A stretch of 64,000 bases of DNA, taken from positions 8,073 to 72,072 of the forward strand of contig JAUZPY010000001.1 of NCBI GenBank assembly GCA_030705805.1. Reading direction: 5' to 3'. A program made the translations under genes and the position numbers. The notes under the pieces are model-generated. The model was not told the DNA's origin. It made no database searches and saw only the letters and a list, made by a program, of their open reading frames with translations. This document shows, piece after piece, positions 17,553 to 26,634 of this stretch; position 1 is the first letter of the stretch; the number at the start of each line of letters is the position of its first letter. This DNA comes from Bacillota bacterium (GTDB lineage Bacteria; Bacillota; Clostridia; CAKSNL01; HGM11501).

Positions 17553-19823
17553 CTATTTATCTGTTCCGAATACCTTTATTACCCTTACTGTTCCGTTGTT
17601 AATCGTATCTGTGTAAAGGCCGATGCTACTTACATTTTTATTAGCAATATCATCTAACTTAATAATTTGCCAATCCTTCCCTACTTGCTTGTAGACAACA
17701 GTAACATCTTCATCCATTCGGTAAACATTATCATTCATCTTGATTTTTGTGTTTGTATATTCCTGTATTTCTTTGCCGGTTTCTGCTTCGTTCAGCGTCT
17801 TCATAGCTTTCATTTTGCCGTTATATATTATAGCCATAACAGCAGAACCTTCTGAATAGCTGTAACCGAAGGATGTGGTATAACTGTTTTCACCGCTGTT
17901 TGAAACTATATCATATGTTGCAGAATATGCAAGACTTATTCCTCCGTCTTTTATTTCTGAATCAGACAGTATTCCGTATGTATATCCGCTGTAAGTCGTA
18001 TCTTTGATATACAGTACAGCAATGTCTTTAAGGCCATTTGCATATTCAACATGAATTACTTGTTTATCTGTAAGGCTTGAACCTGTAATGTCTTTAAGAT
18101 TTACCTTTTGAACCATTGCTTGTGTGCCGTCTTCCAAGTATACAAGTTCAAGTATTGAATAATTCTGCTGGAACTCGCATCCGGCATATGAAGGGATGCT
18201 CTTATCAAAAGTTCCTTCAAGAGGATTCTTTGGAGCAAGCTTCAAAGACATTATTCCGTCGCCCTGGTTTTCGATATATACAAATGAGCCTATATACTTA
18301 GTATAATCTGTATCTTTATATTCCTTATCAGTCCTATAGGCTACTTCCTTGCCTGAAGCAAGCATTATGTTGGCATAATATTGTTTTTCGCCTTTTGCTT
18401 CATCATCATCATTTGCATATGAAGTATATATGCTTAGCAGAACACCCATATCACTGAGGGTCTGGCCGTCTAAATCCACTACATCTACAACAGATCCGTC
18501 ATTGCCGAAAAGAAGAGTGATCCTGTCATTTATCTGGAATGAACCGGCAGTATCGTCAAGCTTTTGCTTAGCTGTAACAGAAAAACTTGAATAGGTAGTT
18601 CCCGAAAGAGTAATGCCGGTTAAATTATCCTTGGATGGCAGGGCTTTTTCATAGATACCCGTTACTTTATCCGAATATACATAAAGTCTGTTAGTTACAT
18701 CATTATAATATACAACATCAAACTTTTCAATATCGGTAAGGAGTGCGGCTTCTCCATCCCTCGTTACATTAACATTGTCAAGTTTTCCAAAGAAAGTGTT
18801 AACCTGAGAATAGTTTGAAGTAATGGTATAAGGACCGTCAAGCTTCTTTTCTTCTATGAAAATGTAATCATCATATATTTTAATTGTGCTGCCCGATAAG
18901 AGAGTGGAATAAACAGCGGAATAATTGGTTTTTGCTCCTTTGTAATATACAATCTTATTTCCATCAACATCAACCAAACCTGATTCAAGGGTCTCCATTT
19001 TATCAGCATAAGCAGCATTTAATGTGTATGTTTTAACATCCTGGCTTACTTTCTGAACCATGTCAATTTCATTTGACTTATTGACCCAAATTGTAACCTT
19101 CATTCCAATATAAGAATCAATGTCAGCAAGACCTTTTTTATAGGTACCCCCTGAGGTCATAACTTCATCAACTGCAATTGATGCGTTGTTTGCCGTATTG
19201 CCGTAAACAACGACGTTTTCAACCTTAGTGAGAGATGATACACTGCTGTTAGTACCATTCTTAGCTGTCAAGGCATTATTCAGAATATATGCTGCAACTT
19301 CTCTGGTAATAACATCGCTATTATTGAAAGTTAAACCTTCAGTTAAGTCAAGTTCAGCAGCCTTTGTAATGTAATCGGCAGGCCAGTTTGTTCCAACGTC
19401 AGAAGCAGAATAGCCAAGCATTCTTATTACTACTGTAATAGCCTGAGCATATGTAATTTCATCATCGGGAGCAAACCTGCCGTCAGGATAACCTGTTATA
19501 AGACCTAGTTCTGCAGCCTCATTTATATATCCTACTCCCCAATAATTTGAAGAGACATCAGAAAATACTTCGGTGTTTTTTGAAACTGCCTTGTCCTTAT
19601 TTCCCGACATTATAACAATCAGTTTAGCAAATTGGCTTCTTGTAAGTGATTTAGTTGCTCCAAAGGTACCGTCTCCATATCCTGAAAGGATACCCAAATT
19701 AGTTAGATTATTTATAGCATCTGCATACTTGCTTCCCGTGGAAACATCCGAAAAAGAAGCCATAGAAGTGGATGTGAAAAGAAGAAATGCACTAAGCGCT
19801 ATTGCCATAATTCGTTTTATCAT
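17553..19823 (-). CDS. S-layer-homology (SLH) domain cell-wall protein
   Basis: 756 aa with a signal peptide and three N-terminal SLH repeats (FSDVSTGSKYADAINNLTNLGILSGYGDGTFGA..., FSDVSSNYWGVGYINEAAELGLITGYPDGRFAP..., NWPADYITKAAELDLTEGL). The ~550-aa C-terminal region has no recognised domain. Confidence 0.8.
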   Translation of the reverse strand: MIKRIMAIALSAFLLFTSTSMASFSDVSTGSKYADAINNLTNLGILSGYGDGTFGATKSLTRSQFAKLIVIMSGNKDKAVSKNTEVFSDVSSNYWGVGYINEAAELGLITGYPDGRFAPDDEITYAQAITVVIRMLGYSASDVGTNWPADYITKAAELDLTEGLTFNNSDVITREVAAYILNNALTAKNGTNSSVSSLTKVENVVVYGNTANNASIAVDEVMTSGGTYKKGLADIDSYIGMKVTIWVNKSNEIDMVQKVSQDVKTYTLNAAYADKMETLESGLVDVDGNKIVYYKGAKTNYSAVYSTLLSGSTIKIYDDYIFIEEKKLDGPYTITSNYSQVNTFFGKLDNVNVTRDGEAALLTDIEKFDVVYYNDVTNRLYVYSDKVTGIYEKALPSKDNLTGITLSGTTYSSFSVTAKQKLDDTAGSFQINDRITLLFGNDGSVVDVVDLDGQTLSDMGVLLSIYTSYANDDDEAKGEKQYYANIMLASGKEVAYRTDKEYKDTDYTKYIGSFVYIENQGDGIMSLKLAPKNPLEGTFDKSIPSYAGCEFQQNYSILELVYLEDGTQAMVQKVNLKDITGSSLTDKQVIHVEYANGLKDIAVLYIKDTTYSGYTYGILSDSEIKDGGISLAYSATYDIVSNSGENSYTTSFGYSYSEGSAVMAIIYNGKMKAMKTLNEAETGKEIQEYTNTKIKMNDNVYRMDEDVTVVYKQVGKDWQIIKLDDIANKNVSSIGLYTDTINNGTVRVIKVFGTDK

Positions 19824-19836
19824 ATTTTGCCTCCCG

Positions 19837-21024
19837 TTATTCTGATCTTAAAGCTTCTATTGGACTAAGTTTAGAAGCCTTCCTAGCCGGGTTAAGTCCA
19901 AAGAACAAACCAACAGCCATGGAATAAACAAGTGATACCACTATAACCCACAATGTAGGTTTAGCGGCTATTCCGATAATTTTTCCGGCGATAACGGCAA
20001 CTATTACACCAAGTACAATTCCCATAATGCCGCCAAACAAACTTACCGAAGTTGCCTCAACGAGGAATTGGAGCAGTATACTGCTTCTTTTTGCTCCTAT
20101 AGCTTTTCTGATACCTATTTCCTTGGTTCTTTCGGTAACAGATACAAGCATAATGTTCATAATTCCTATGCCGGCGACCAAAAGCGAAATGCCTGCAATT
20201 CCCGCAAGAACGCCTGAAAGCATAGTTGTCATTTCGTTAAGCTTATCAAGCATTTCCTGCATGTTTACTACAGTATATCTGTCTGAATCACCGTATATAT
20301 CATACATAAATTTTTTAGTTATACTCATAACAGAATCAATACTGTTAACGTCTTTAGCTATTAATGTAAAACCGGTAAGAGCCCCTGTACCCAAATTGTT
20401 TACTGCCGTAGTGTATGGAACAAGAGCCATATCATCAGAAGAGTACTGGGCAATAGTATCGGTTTGCTTTTCCATTACTCCGACAACGGTAAAAGGCAGA
20501 CCATTGACCTTTATTGTTTTACCTATTGATGCCTGAACGCTGCCGAAATAAGTTAATGCATTATATTCACCTATTACAATAACTTTAGAAGCATTTTCTA
20601 CATCAACGCTATTTATAAGTCTCCCAAGCTGGGTAGTTTTATCCGTAGACAAATCATAATATTCGTTAGTGCCTGTTACTGGAGTGGTACCGTTACTACC
20701 TCCGACTCTTAGTGTTGCACTGGTTGAATTTTTCGGAATAAATCCCGTTATAAGGTCACAATTATCCCACATTAAATCTTCAACATCGTCGTAATCAAAA
20801 GTTCTCGTCTGATATGAACGTTTGGCAGTGGCTATAACCTGAGTAGTGCCAAGGGAATCAAAAGATTCTGTTACTTTTGACGTTGCCCCTTGAACCAGGC
20901 TTACGAGAATTATAACTGCACAAACGCCAATTATGATTCCAAGCATTGTTAAAAAGCTTCTGAGTTTGTTTGATATAATACTTTCCCAGGCCATTTTGAC
21001 TGCAGATAAAAGAATCATTCGCAA
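19837..21024 (-). CDS. ABC transporter permease of the FtsX/MacB family
   Basis: 395 aa with an N-terminal TM (NKLRSFLTMLGIIIGVCAVI), a large extracytoplasmic domain and a C-terminal FtsX 3-TM bundle. It overlaps the upstream ATPase gene by 10 nt. Confidence 0.85.
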   Translation of the reverse strand: MRMILLSAVKMAWESIISNKLRSFLTMLGIIIGVCAVIILVSLVQGATSKVTESFDSLGTTQVIATAKRSYQTRTFDYDDVEDLMWDNCDLITGFIPKNSTSATLRVGGSNGTTPVTGTNEYYDLSTDKTTQLGRLINSVDVENASKVIVIGEYNALTYFGSVQASIGKTIKVNGLPFTVVGVMEKQTDTIAQYSSDDMALVPYTTAVNNLGTGALTGFTLIAKDVNSIDSVMSITKKFMYDIYGDSDRYTVVNMQEMLDKLNEMTTMLSGVLAGIAGISLLVAGIGIMNIMLVSVTERTKEIGIRKAIGAKRSSILLQFLVEATSVSLFGGIMGIVLGVIVAVIAGKIIGIAAKPTLWVIVVSLVYSMAVGLFFGLNPARKASKLSPIEALRSE

Positions 21025-21710
21025 ACCACCTCGCTATCCACATCTACATCTCTGGTTATTTTACCGTCTTGTATTCTGACAATTCTTTTTGCCTGTCTGG
21101 CTATATTGTTGTCATGCGTAATAAGCACTATTGTATTGCCTTCACTATGTAATTCTTTAAGCATAACCATTAATTCAGCGCCGGTCTTGCTGTCCAATGC
21201 ACCTGTCGGTTCATCAGCCAGTATCAGCGGAGGGTGTCCTGCCAACGCGCGAGCAATTGATACTCTTTGCTGCTGACCACCTGATAATTCTTTAGGCATA
21301 TGTTCGCTTCTTTCTGCCATACCAACACGCTCTAATGCTTCCATGGCCATCTTTTTGCGTTCAGGTAATTTGATGCCCCGATAAATAAGCGGAAGTTCCA
21401 CATTTTCCCTGGCAGAAAGTTTGGGAAGTAAATTATATTGCTGAAAAATAAACCCTATCGTGCGGTTTCTTATTAAGGCTTGCTCATCATCTGAAAGGTT
21501 ACTTACATTTTTCCCATTCAAATAATACTCGCCTTCAGTCGGAACATCCAGACATCCAATCATATTCATAAGTGTAGATTTGCCGGATCCCGAAGGTCCG
21601 ATAATAGCCACAAATTCATGGGGATGAATGTGCAGGTTGATACCATCCAATGCCCTTACCTCTGTATCGCCCATCTGGTAAATTTTATATAAATCTTTTA
21701 TTACTATCAT
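21015..21710 (-). CDS. ABC transporter ATP-binding protein (MacB/LolD-like)
   Basis: 231 aa with Walker A (GPSGSGKSTLMNMIG), the ABC signature (LSGGQQQRVSIARAL) and Walker B (ILADEPTGALD). Confidence 0.9.
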   Translation of the reverse strand: MIVIKDLYKIYQMGDTEVRALDGINLHIHPHEFVAIIGPSGSGKSTLMNMIGCLDVPTEGEYYLNGKNVSNLSDDEQALIRNRTIGFIFQQYNLLPKLSARENVELPLIYRGIKLPERKKMAMEALERVGMAERSEHMPKELSGGQQQRVSIARALAGHPPLILADEPTGALDSKTGAELMVMLKELHSEGNTIVLITHDNNIARQAKRIVRIQDGKITRDVDVDSEVVCE

Positions 21711-21734
21711 GGTACACCCCCCTTTTTTAGGCTA

Positions 21735-23726
21735 TCACTTGCTTGAACTGCTGTTCTTGCTGCCGGAACTGCTGCTTGTTGTGCTTCTGCTATAGCCGCT
21801 CGAACTGCTTCTCATGCCGCTATAACCGCCCATTCCGCCTTCCATACCGCCATAACCGCCATTCATTCCACCCATGCCGCCATTCATGCCTGTGGCATTA
21901 AGACCTGTTTTTTTACTATTGGTGGCTGAAGATGTATCAGCATTATCATTTTCAGCTAAGTACACTTCGGCTGTCTGAGAAAGTCCGCTTAAAATAGCCA
22001 TATACATATCATTCGATACGCCGGTGGTTACTTTAACAGCAGTAAATCCTTCTGGTGCCTTTGCTTTAATTCTTTTCTGAATGGTAGCGTTTATATCCTT
22101 TTCCGATTTAGCCGTTTCGTCTGAAGCAGTATTTGTACTCTTTGAAGAAATTGCTGCTGATTTGAAAGAAGCGGATTCAGTCTGTTTTGAGCTACCCGCA
22201 GAAGCAGCATTAGTTGCTGTATCATCTGCTGCAGTTACTCCGGTATTTGTACCGTTTTTTACATAAACATAAGATTCACCTTTAATCTTCGTTATGGCTG
22301 AAATAGGAACGCAAAGTGCATCTTTAGCGCTTTGGTATACAATTTCGGCAGAAACATTCATGCCTGAACGAAGTTTTCCATAATCATCTATTACAACCTC
22401 TACGTCATATTCCGCAACACCGTTAGAGGATGTACCTTCAGTGGCAACTTTAGTAACTTTACCTGTAAACAACTGATTTTCGAGAGCGTCGGCAGTTACT
22501 TTTACCTCTTGTCCGACTGAAACTTTATTGATATCGGTTTCGTCAGCGGAAAAAGTGAATTTCATTTTAGACATATCTGCAACGACCATCAAAGCAGTTG
22601 AGTCAGAGCTTGTGCCGATAGTGTCACCCTTTTTATAGTTCTTTGTAATTACCGTTCCACTGATTGGAGCTGTTATATTATAGTCATCCAGCTTATCCTT
22701 AGCATCTTCAAGAGAAAGCTGCTGGTCATTATATTCAATATCTACCGTTTTTTTCTTCTCCACAAAGTCGGTATCATCAATTGTAAAAAGTACCTCACCC
22801 TTCTTTACGGTAGTGCCGTTCTTTAAACCGGGAGCAATATAATCCACTTCACCGCTGATCTTGGGAGTAATCGAAACAGAGTCATTGAATGAAATGGTAC
22901 CGGATTTGGGTGATTCCACGTTGCCGGAACTCGTAGTAATTGTTGCGCTGGCAGATGTATCGTTTAAAGCTATGTCAGCGTTTTTAATTGTTATTTCAAC
23001 GTTATAAACAACAGAACCGTTTGAATAGCCGGAAGAAGCGGAGCTTTTATATGTAACTGTTCCGTTTAATGAATACATAGACGGGAACAAGTAAACCTTG
23101 GCAGTATCACCTATCTGTATCTTTCCACATTGAGCTGCGTTAAAAGGTATCGTTGCAATTACCGTTGAAGTATCCTGAACCATGCCGCAGCTTTGATTTG
23201 CCGAAACATTATCACCTTTTTTAAGAGTAAATCCGCTTACAACACCATCACTTGCAGCTTTAATTGTATACTTTGCTAAGGTCTTATTATACTCTGAACT
23301 ATCAAGATATGTCTTGTTATCAAGCTTATACTTTTTAAGAGAATCCTGAGCCTTCTCTATTGACTTGTTCTGCTGATCATGGTCAATAACATAAAGCAGA
23401 TCATCTTTTTGAACCGTATCGCCTTCTTCGTAATTACACTGAGTAATTTCACCGTTTACCAAAGGCACTATTTCGTACCGTTCATATGGCTCAATTGTAC
23501 CTGAACCGGATACCGTAAGCTCAAGTGTCTTTACTACAGGCTTCGTAGTCTTAATGGTAGTCTTCTTATCTGTAGCATTACCTTTAGAAAACCAAAAGCA
23601 GGTTCCTGAAATCAAAGAGATAACAACTATTATGGAAGTAATTGATATCCAAAGTTTCTTTTTACGTTTTTTCTTAATCAAATCCGGAGTATCTCCGTTA
23701 GCAGTCTTAGTTTTCAGTTTCATCAC
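21735..23726 (-). CDS. HlyD/MacA-family membrane fusion (periplasmic adaptor) protein, long form with a low-complexity Gly/Met/Ser-rich C-terminal tail
   Basis: 663 aa with a basic cytoplasmic N-terminus, one TM (LWISITSIIVVISLISG), and biotinyl-lipoyl and beta-barrel adaptor-like segments. Its C-terminus reads NATGMNGGMGGMNGGYGGMEGGMGGYSGMRSSSSGYSRSTTSSSSGSKNSSSSK. It is first in an operon with the ABC ATPase and FtsX permease. Confidence 0.75.
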   Translation of the reverse strand: MMKLKTKTANGDTPDLIKKKRKKKLWISITSIIVVISLISGTCFWFSKGNATDKKTTIKTTKPVVKTLELTVSGSGTIEPYERYEIVPLVNGEITQCNYEEGDTVQKDDLLYVIDHDQQNKSIEKAQDSLKKYKLDNKTYLDSSEYNKTLAKYTIKAASDGVVSGFTLKKGDNVSANQSCGMVQDTSTVIATIPFNAAQCGKIQIGDTAKVYLFPSMYSLNGTVTYKSSASSGYSNGSVVYNVEITIKNADIALNDTSASATITTSSGNVESPKSGTISFNDSVSITPKISGEVDYIAPGLKNGTTVKKGEVLFTIDDTDFVEKKKTVDIEYNDQQLSLEDAKDKLDDYNITAPISGTVITKNYKKGDTIGTSSDSTALMVVADMSKMKFTFSADETDINKVSVGQEVKVTADALENQLFTGKVTKVATEGTSSNGVAEYDVEVVIDDYGKLRSGMNVSAEIVYQSAKDALCVPISAITKIKGESYVYVKNGTNTGVTAADDTATNAASAGSSKQTESASFKSAAISSKSTNTASDETAKSEKDINATIQKRIKAKAPEGFTAVKVTTGVSNDMYMAILSGLSQTAEVYLAENDNADTSSATNSKKTGLNATGMNGGMGGMNGGYGGMEGGMGGYSGMRSSSSGYSRSTTSSSSGSKNSSSSK

Positions 23727-23811
23727 AAAACCTCCCTATTAATTTAAATCACAGTATTAATGATATCAATTATTTATGTATATTTTGAAATTAAATTATG
23801 AATAAAATGTA

Positions 23812-23843
23812 AATATTAAAAAGACAAGCTACCATAGCCTGCC
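23812..23843 (-). terminator. Probable rho-independent terminator downstream of pncB
   Basis: On the minus strand, CAGGCTA-TGG-TAGCTTG (one mismatch) followed by TCTTTTT. Confidence 0.4.
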
Positions 23844-23852
23844 TTTTTAATA

Positions 23853-25304
23853 TTATTTTGAATAATGTTCAAGCATTTCGTTCTTAATGTGCCACAGGGA
23901 TTTTGACAAGTCAACATAATATTTATGCGGATTTTCAAAACGTAGAACCTCTTCCCAAAGAGTTTCAATTTGAGCCATACAATAATTTTTGATTTCATTA
24001 AGCGGCTTGCTATCATATACACATTGCCCGTTTTTAAAAATAGGCTTTAATAGTTTTTTAGCGGTATAGTCTGTAACTTCTTTCTTTTTCCAAGTTTCGA
24101 CAGGGTCGAATAATACATATGGCTCATTTTCATCTATTTCTTCATTGTGAAGTGTAACCACATCACCTATAGCCATCCCTGTTTCGTTAGAAAAAAGCCT
24201 GTAAACCTGTTTGAAGCCCGGAGTGGTAACTTTGGTTGTGTTCTCACTTATTTTAATCCTTGGAATAATATTTCCGCCTTTTTCTACGGCTACAAGCTTA
24301 TACACACCGCCAAAAACCGGAGAAGAACTTGCGGTAATTAACCTTTCGCCTACTCCGAATGAATCAATTTTTGCACCCTGCATGATTGTATCTCTGATAA
24401 TATATTCATCCAATGAATTTGAAACTACAATTTTACAATCTTCAAAACCGGCATCATCAAGCATTTTACGCATTTTTTTCGATAAGTACGTTATATCTCC
24501 GCTGTCTATTCTGACACCCTTCGGACGGTACCCGGCAGGAACAACAACTTCATTAAAAACTTTAATTGCATTCGGAAGACCTGACTTTAATACGTTATAT
24601 GTATCAACTAAAAGAGTACAATCCTGAGGATAACTTTTTGCATAGGCCTTAAATGATTCGTATTCCGAATCAAACATTTGTATCCAGCTATGAGCCATAG
24701 TTCCAAGTGCAGGTATGCCAAACAGCTTGTCCGCAATAGTGCAGGCAGTTCCCACACATCCGGCAATATATGCTGATCTGGCGCCATATATTGCGCTGTG
24801 ATATCCATGAGCTCGTCTTGAGCCAAATTCCATTACCGCTCTGCCCTGAGCTGCCCTAACGATTCTATTTGCTTTTGTTGCTATAAGAGACTGGTGATTT
24901 ACAGTTAATAGAATCATGGTCTCTACAAACTGAGCCTGTATAGCCGGACCTCTAACAATAACAATAGGCTCTCCCGGAAATATAGGGGTTCCCTCTTCCA
25001 TAGCCCATACATCACAGCTAAATTTCATTTCGGAAAGATAATTTAAAAACTTTTCACTGAAAATGCCTTTGTTCCTTAAATAGCTAATATCTTCTTCATC
25101 AAACTTTAACTTTTTGATATATTCAATTAATTGTTCTGTTCCCATCATAAGAGCATATCCGCCATTGTCAGGTATAACTCTGAAGAACATATCAAAATAT
25201 GCAATTGATTCTCCCATGCCATTTTCCATATAGCCATTAGCCATTGTAAGCTCATAAAAGTCGCAAAGCATGGTATAATTATTGTTATCCTTCCAAACTG
25301 TCAT
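23853..25304 (-). CDS. pncB: Nicotinate phosphoribosyltransferase
   Basis: 483 aa with the N-terminal MTVWKDNNNYTMLCDFYELTMANGY and overall NAPRTase family architecture. Confidence 0.9.
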   Translation of the reverse strand: MTVWKDNNNYTMLCDFYELTMANGYMENGMGESIAYFDMFFRVIPDNGGYALMMGTEQLIEYIKKLKFDEEDISYLRNKGIFSEKFLNYLSEMKFSCDVWAMEEGTPIFPGEPIVIVRGPAIQAQFVETMILLTVNHQSLIATKANRIVRAAQGRAVMEFGSRRAHGYHSAIYGARSAYIAGCVGTACTIADKLFGIPALGTMAHSWIQMFDSEYESFKAYAKSYPQDCTLLVDTYNVLKSGLPNAIKVFNEVVVPAGYRPKGVRIDSGDITYLSKKMRKMLDDAGFEDCKIVVSNSLDEYIIRDTIMQGAKIDSFGVGERLITASSSPVFGGVYKLVAVEKGGNIIPRIKISENTTKVTTPGFKQVYRLFSNETGMAIGDVVTLHNEEIDENEPYVLFDPVETWKKKEVTDYTAKKLLKPIFKNGQCVYDSKPLNEIKNYCMAQIETLWEEVLRFENPHKYYVDLSKSLWHIKNEMLEHYSK

Positions 25305-25310
25305 TATAGT

Positions 25311-25613
25311 TCATCCTTCCGGCTTAATCTTTTCAAGCGCATCCTCAAGCCAATATTCACCAATATCAATAGCTTTATACAAGCCGTCTCTTTCAGCCTG
25401 TTTTATAACTCTTTCCTTTTCGGACCCTGTATTGGTAATGAGTTGTATTGTAACTGAATCGGCAATTTCTTCGCCGCTTACCATCGTAGAATGATTAATA
25501 ATGAACTTAACTATATATCGATCTTTAGGATCACCAAAGTAAAGTGTATTTCCTCCTCTAATAAAAGGTTTGCCATTATATATAAGATATTCGTTCTTTT
25601 CTTTTTTAGCCAT
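25311..25613 (-). CDS. Hypothetical 100-aa protein co-transcribed upstream of pncB
   Basis: Clean ORF ending 7 nt before the pncB start. No recognisable motif and no TM segment. Confidence 0.5.
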   Translation of the reverse strand: MAKKEKNEYLIYNGKPFIRGGNTLYFGDPKDRYIVKFIINHSTMVSGEEIADSVTIQLITNTGSEKERVIKQAERDGLYKAIDIGEYWLEDALEKIKPEG

Positions 25614-25708
25614 TCACATGACCTCCCTCAAATGATTAACTTAAATTATACCACAAAATGTACAATAAGTAAAGTTATTTTGATTATATATTTGAATAAA
25701 TATATATA

Positions 25709-25737
25709 TTGAAATAGCTGCTATAGTATAGTATAAT
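25709..25737 (+). promoter_or_regulatory. Sigma-A-type promoter driving the THF riboswitch and folT
   Basis: TTGAAA (25709-25714), a 17-nt spacer and TATAAT (25732-25737). The predicted +1 is about 25744, immediately before the riboswitch. Confidence 0.6.
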
Positions 25738-25744
25738 GCTAATT

Positions 25745-25854
25745 GCAGAGTAGATTTTTACGCGTGCGTTTTAAGCGCAGAGTGCCGCCTGTACGGAGAG
25801 TTGACTGGCGGACGAATAGCATTTGCTGACGGTGAAAAAATCGCATCTCGCTGC
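25745..25854 (+). ncRNA. THF (tetrahydrofolate) riboswitch of the folT-motif class
   Basis: GCAGAGUAGAUUUUUACGCGUGCGUUUUAAGCG...GUGCCGCC...GGCGGAC...GGUGAAAAAAUCGCAUCUCGCUGC. This matches the conserved AGAGUAGAU / CGCGUUAAGUG / ...GCAUCCGCUCC core of known THF riboswitches (e.g. the Eubacterium siraeum aptamer). The GAUUUUU/AAAAAUC and GCCGCC/GGCGG helices fit the three-way-junction architecture. It lies upstream of an ECF S-component gene. Confidence 0.6.
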
Positions 25855-25911
25855 TTATACTAATACTATACGTAGCGTTATCTCTGTAAATTTATTTGCG
25901 GAGGTTTTTTT

Positions 25912-26475
25912 ATGGGAATTATCGAAAAGTTCAGGCAATCATCCAAGGAATTAAAAGACACAAGAACCTTAGTAAAGTGCGCAATGTTTATTGCTCTTTA
26001 CGTTGCCCTTAAAATGCTGCGTCTTCAGATTGATGTGGACAAGGCACTGTTTAATTTGGAATTTTTGGCCATAGCATTTTCCGGTGCCTTGTTCGGTCCG
26101 GTTGCAAGCATTATTGTAGGCTGTGCCGGAGACTTGCTTCACAGCCTCACAGGAACTTTGTCGGGCGGATTTAATTGGGGGTTCACCATTAATAACGCTG
26201 TTTCCGGCCTTCTTTACGGATTAATATTATATAAAAACATGTCTATAATAAGATGCGTTATAGCCAAGTTTATTGAAATAGTTGTTATTTCATGGTTTAT
26301 GACAAACATCTGGCTGGTTATGAGTTTTGACATTAATGCAATAATGCCTATGGCAATTTCAAGAGCTCCTATAAAGCTTGGTGCATCTTTACCTATTGAA
26401 ATGGCGATATTCATAATTTTAGTTTTAGTACTTAAACCTGTACTTCAAAAAATTGAGCCTCAAAGAAAATTATAA
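25912..26475 (+). CDS. folT: ECF transporter S component, predicted folate-family transporter
   Basis: 187-aa 5-6 TM protein typical of ECF substrate-capture components. Substrate assignment rests on the upstream THF riboswitch. Confidence 0.65.
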   Translation: MGIIEKFRQSSKELKDTRTLVKCAMFIALYVALKMLRLQIDVDKALFNLEFLAIAFSGALFGPVASIIVGCAGDLLHSLTGTLSGGFNWGFTINNAVSGLLYGLILYKNMSIIRCVIAKFIEIVVISWFMTNIWLVMSFDINAIMPMAISRAPIKLGASLPIEMAIFIILVLVLKPVLQKIEPQRKL

Positions 26476-26489
26476 GATACAAAATAGAA

Positions 26490-26524
26490 AAAGAAGGTGC
26501 GCATAGTGCGCACCTTCTTTTGTG
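26490..26524 (+). terminator. Rho-independent terminator after folT
   Basis: GAAGGTGCGCA-TAG-TGCGCACCTTC followed by TTTTGTG. Confidence 0.85.
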
Positions 26525-26634
26525 TTCCCTCTTATTAAAATTTTTTAAAACACCATAGATGGGGAAAAGCAATAAATTCAGATAACATTCTCCCCTTATT
26601 GCTTTCCCAAAATAAGTATCGGGGCAGAACCTGA

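Noticed and set aside
23816-24022. 68-aa ORF at the 3' end of pncB
   Set aside because: It overlaps pncB in another frame and extends into the terminator. It is a shadow ORF.
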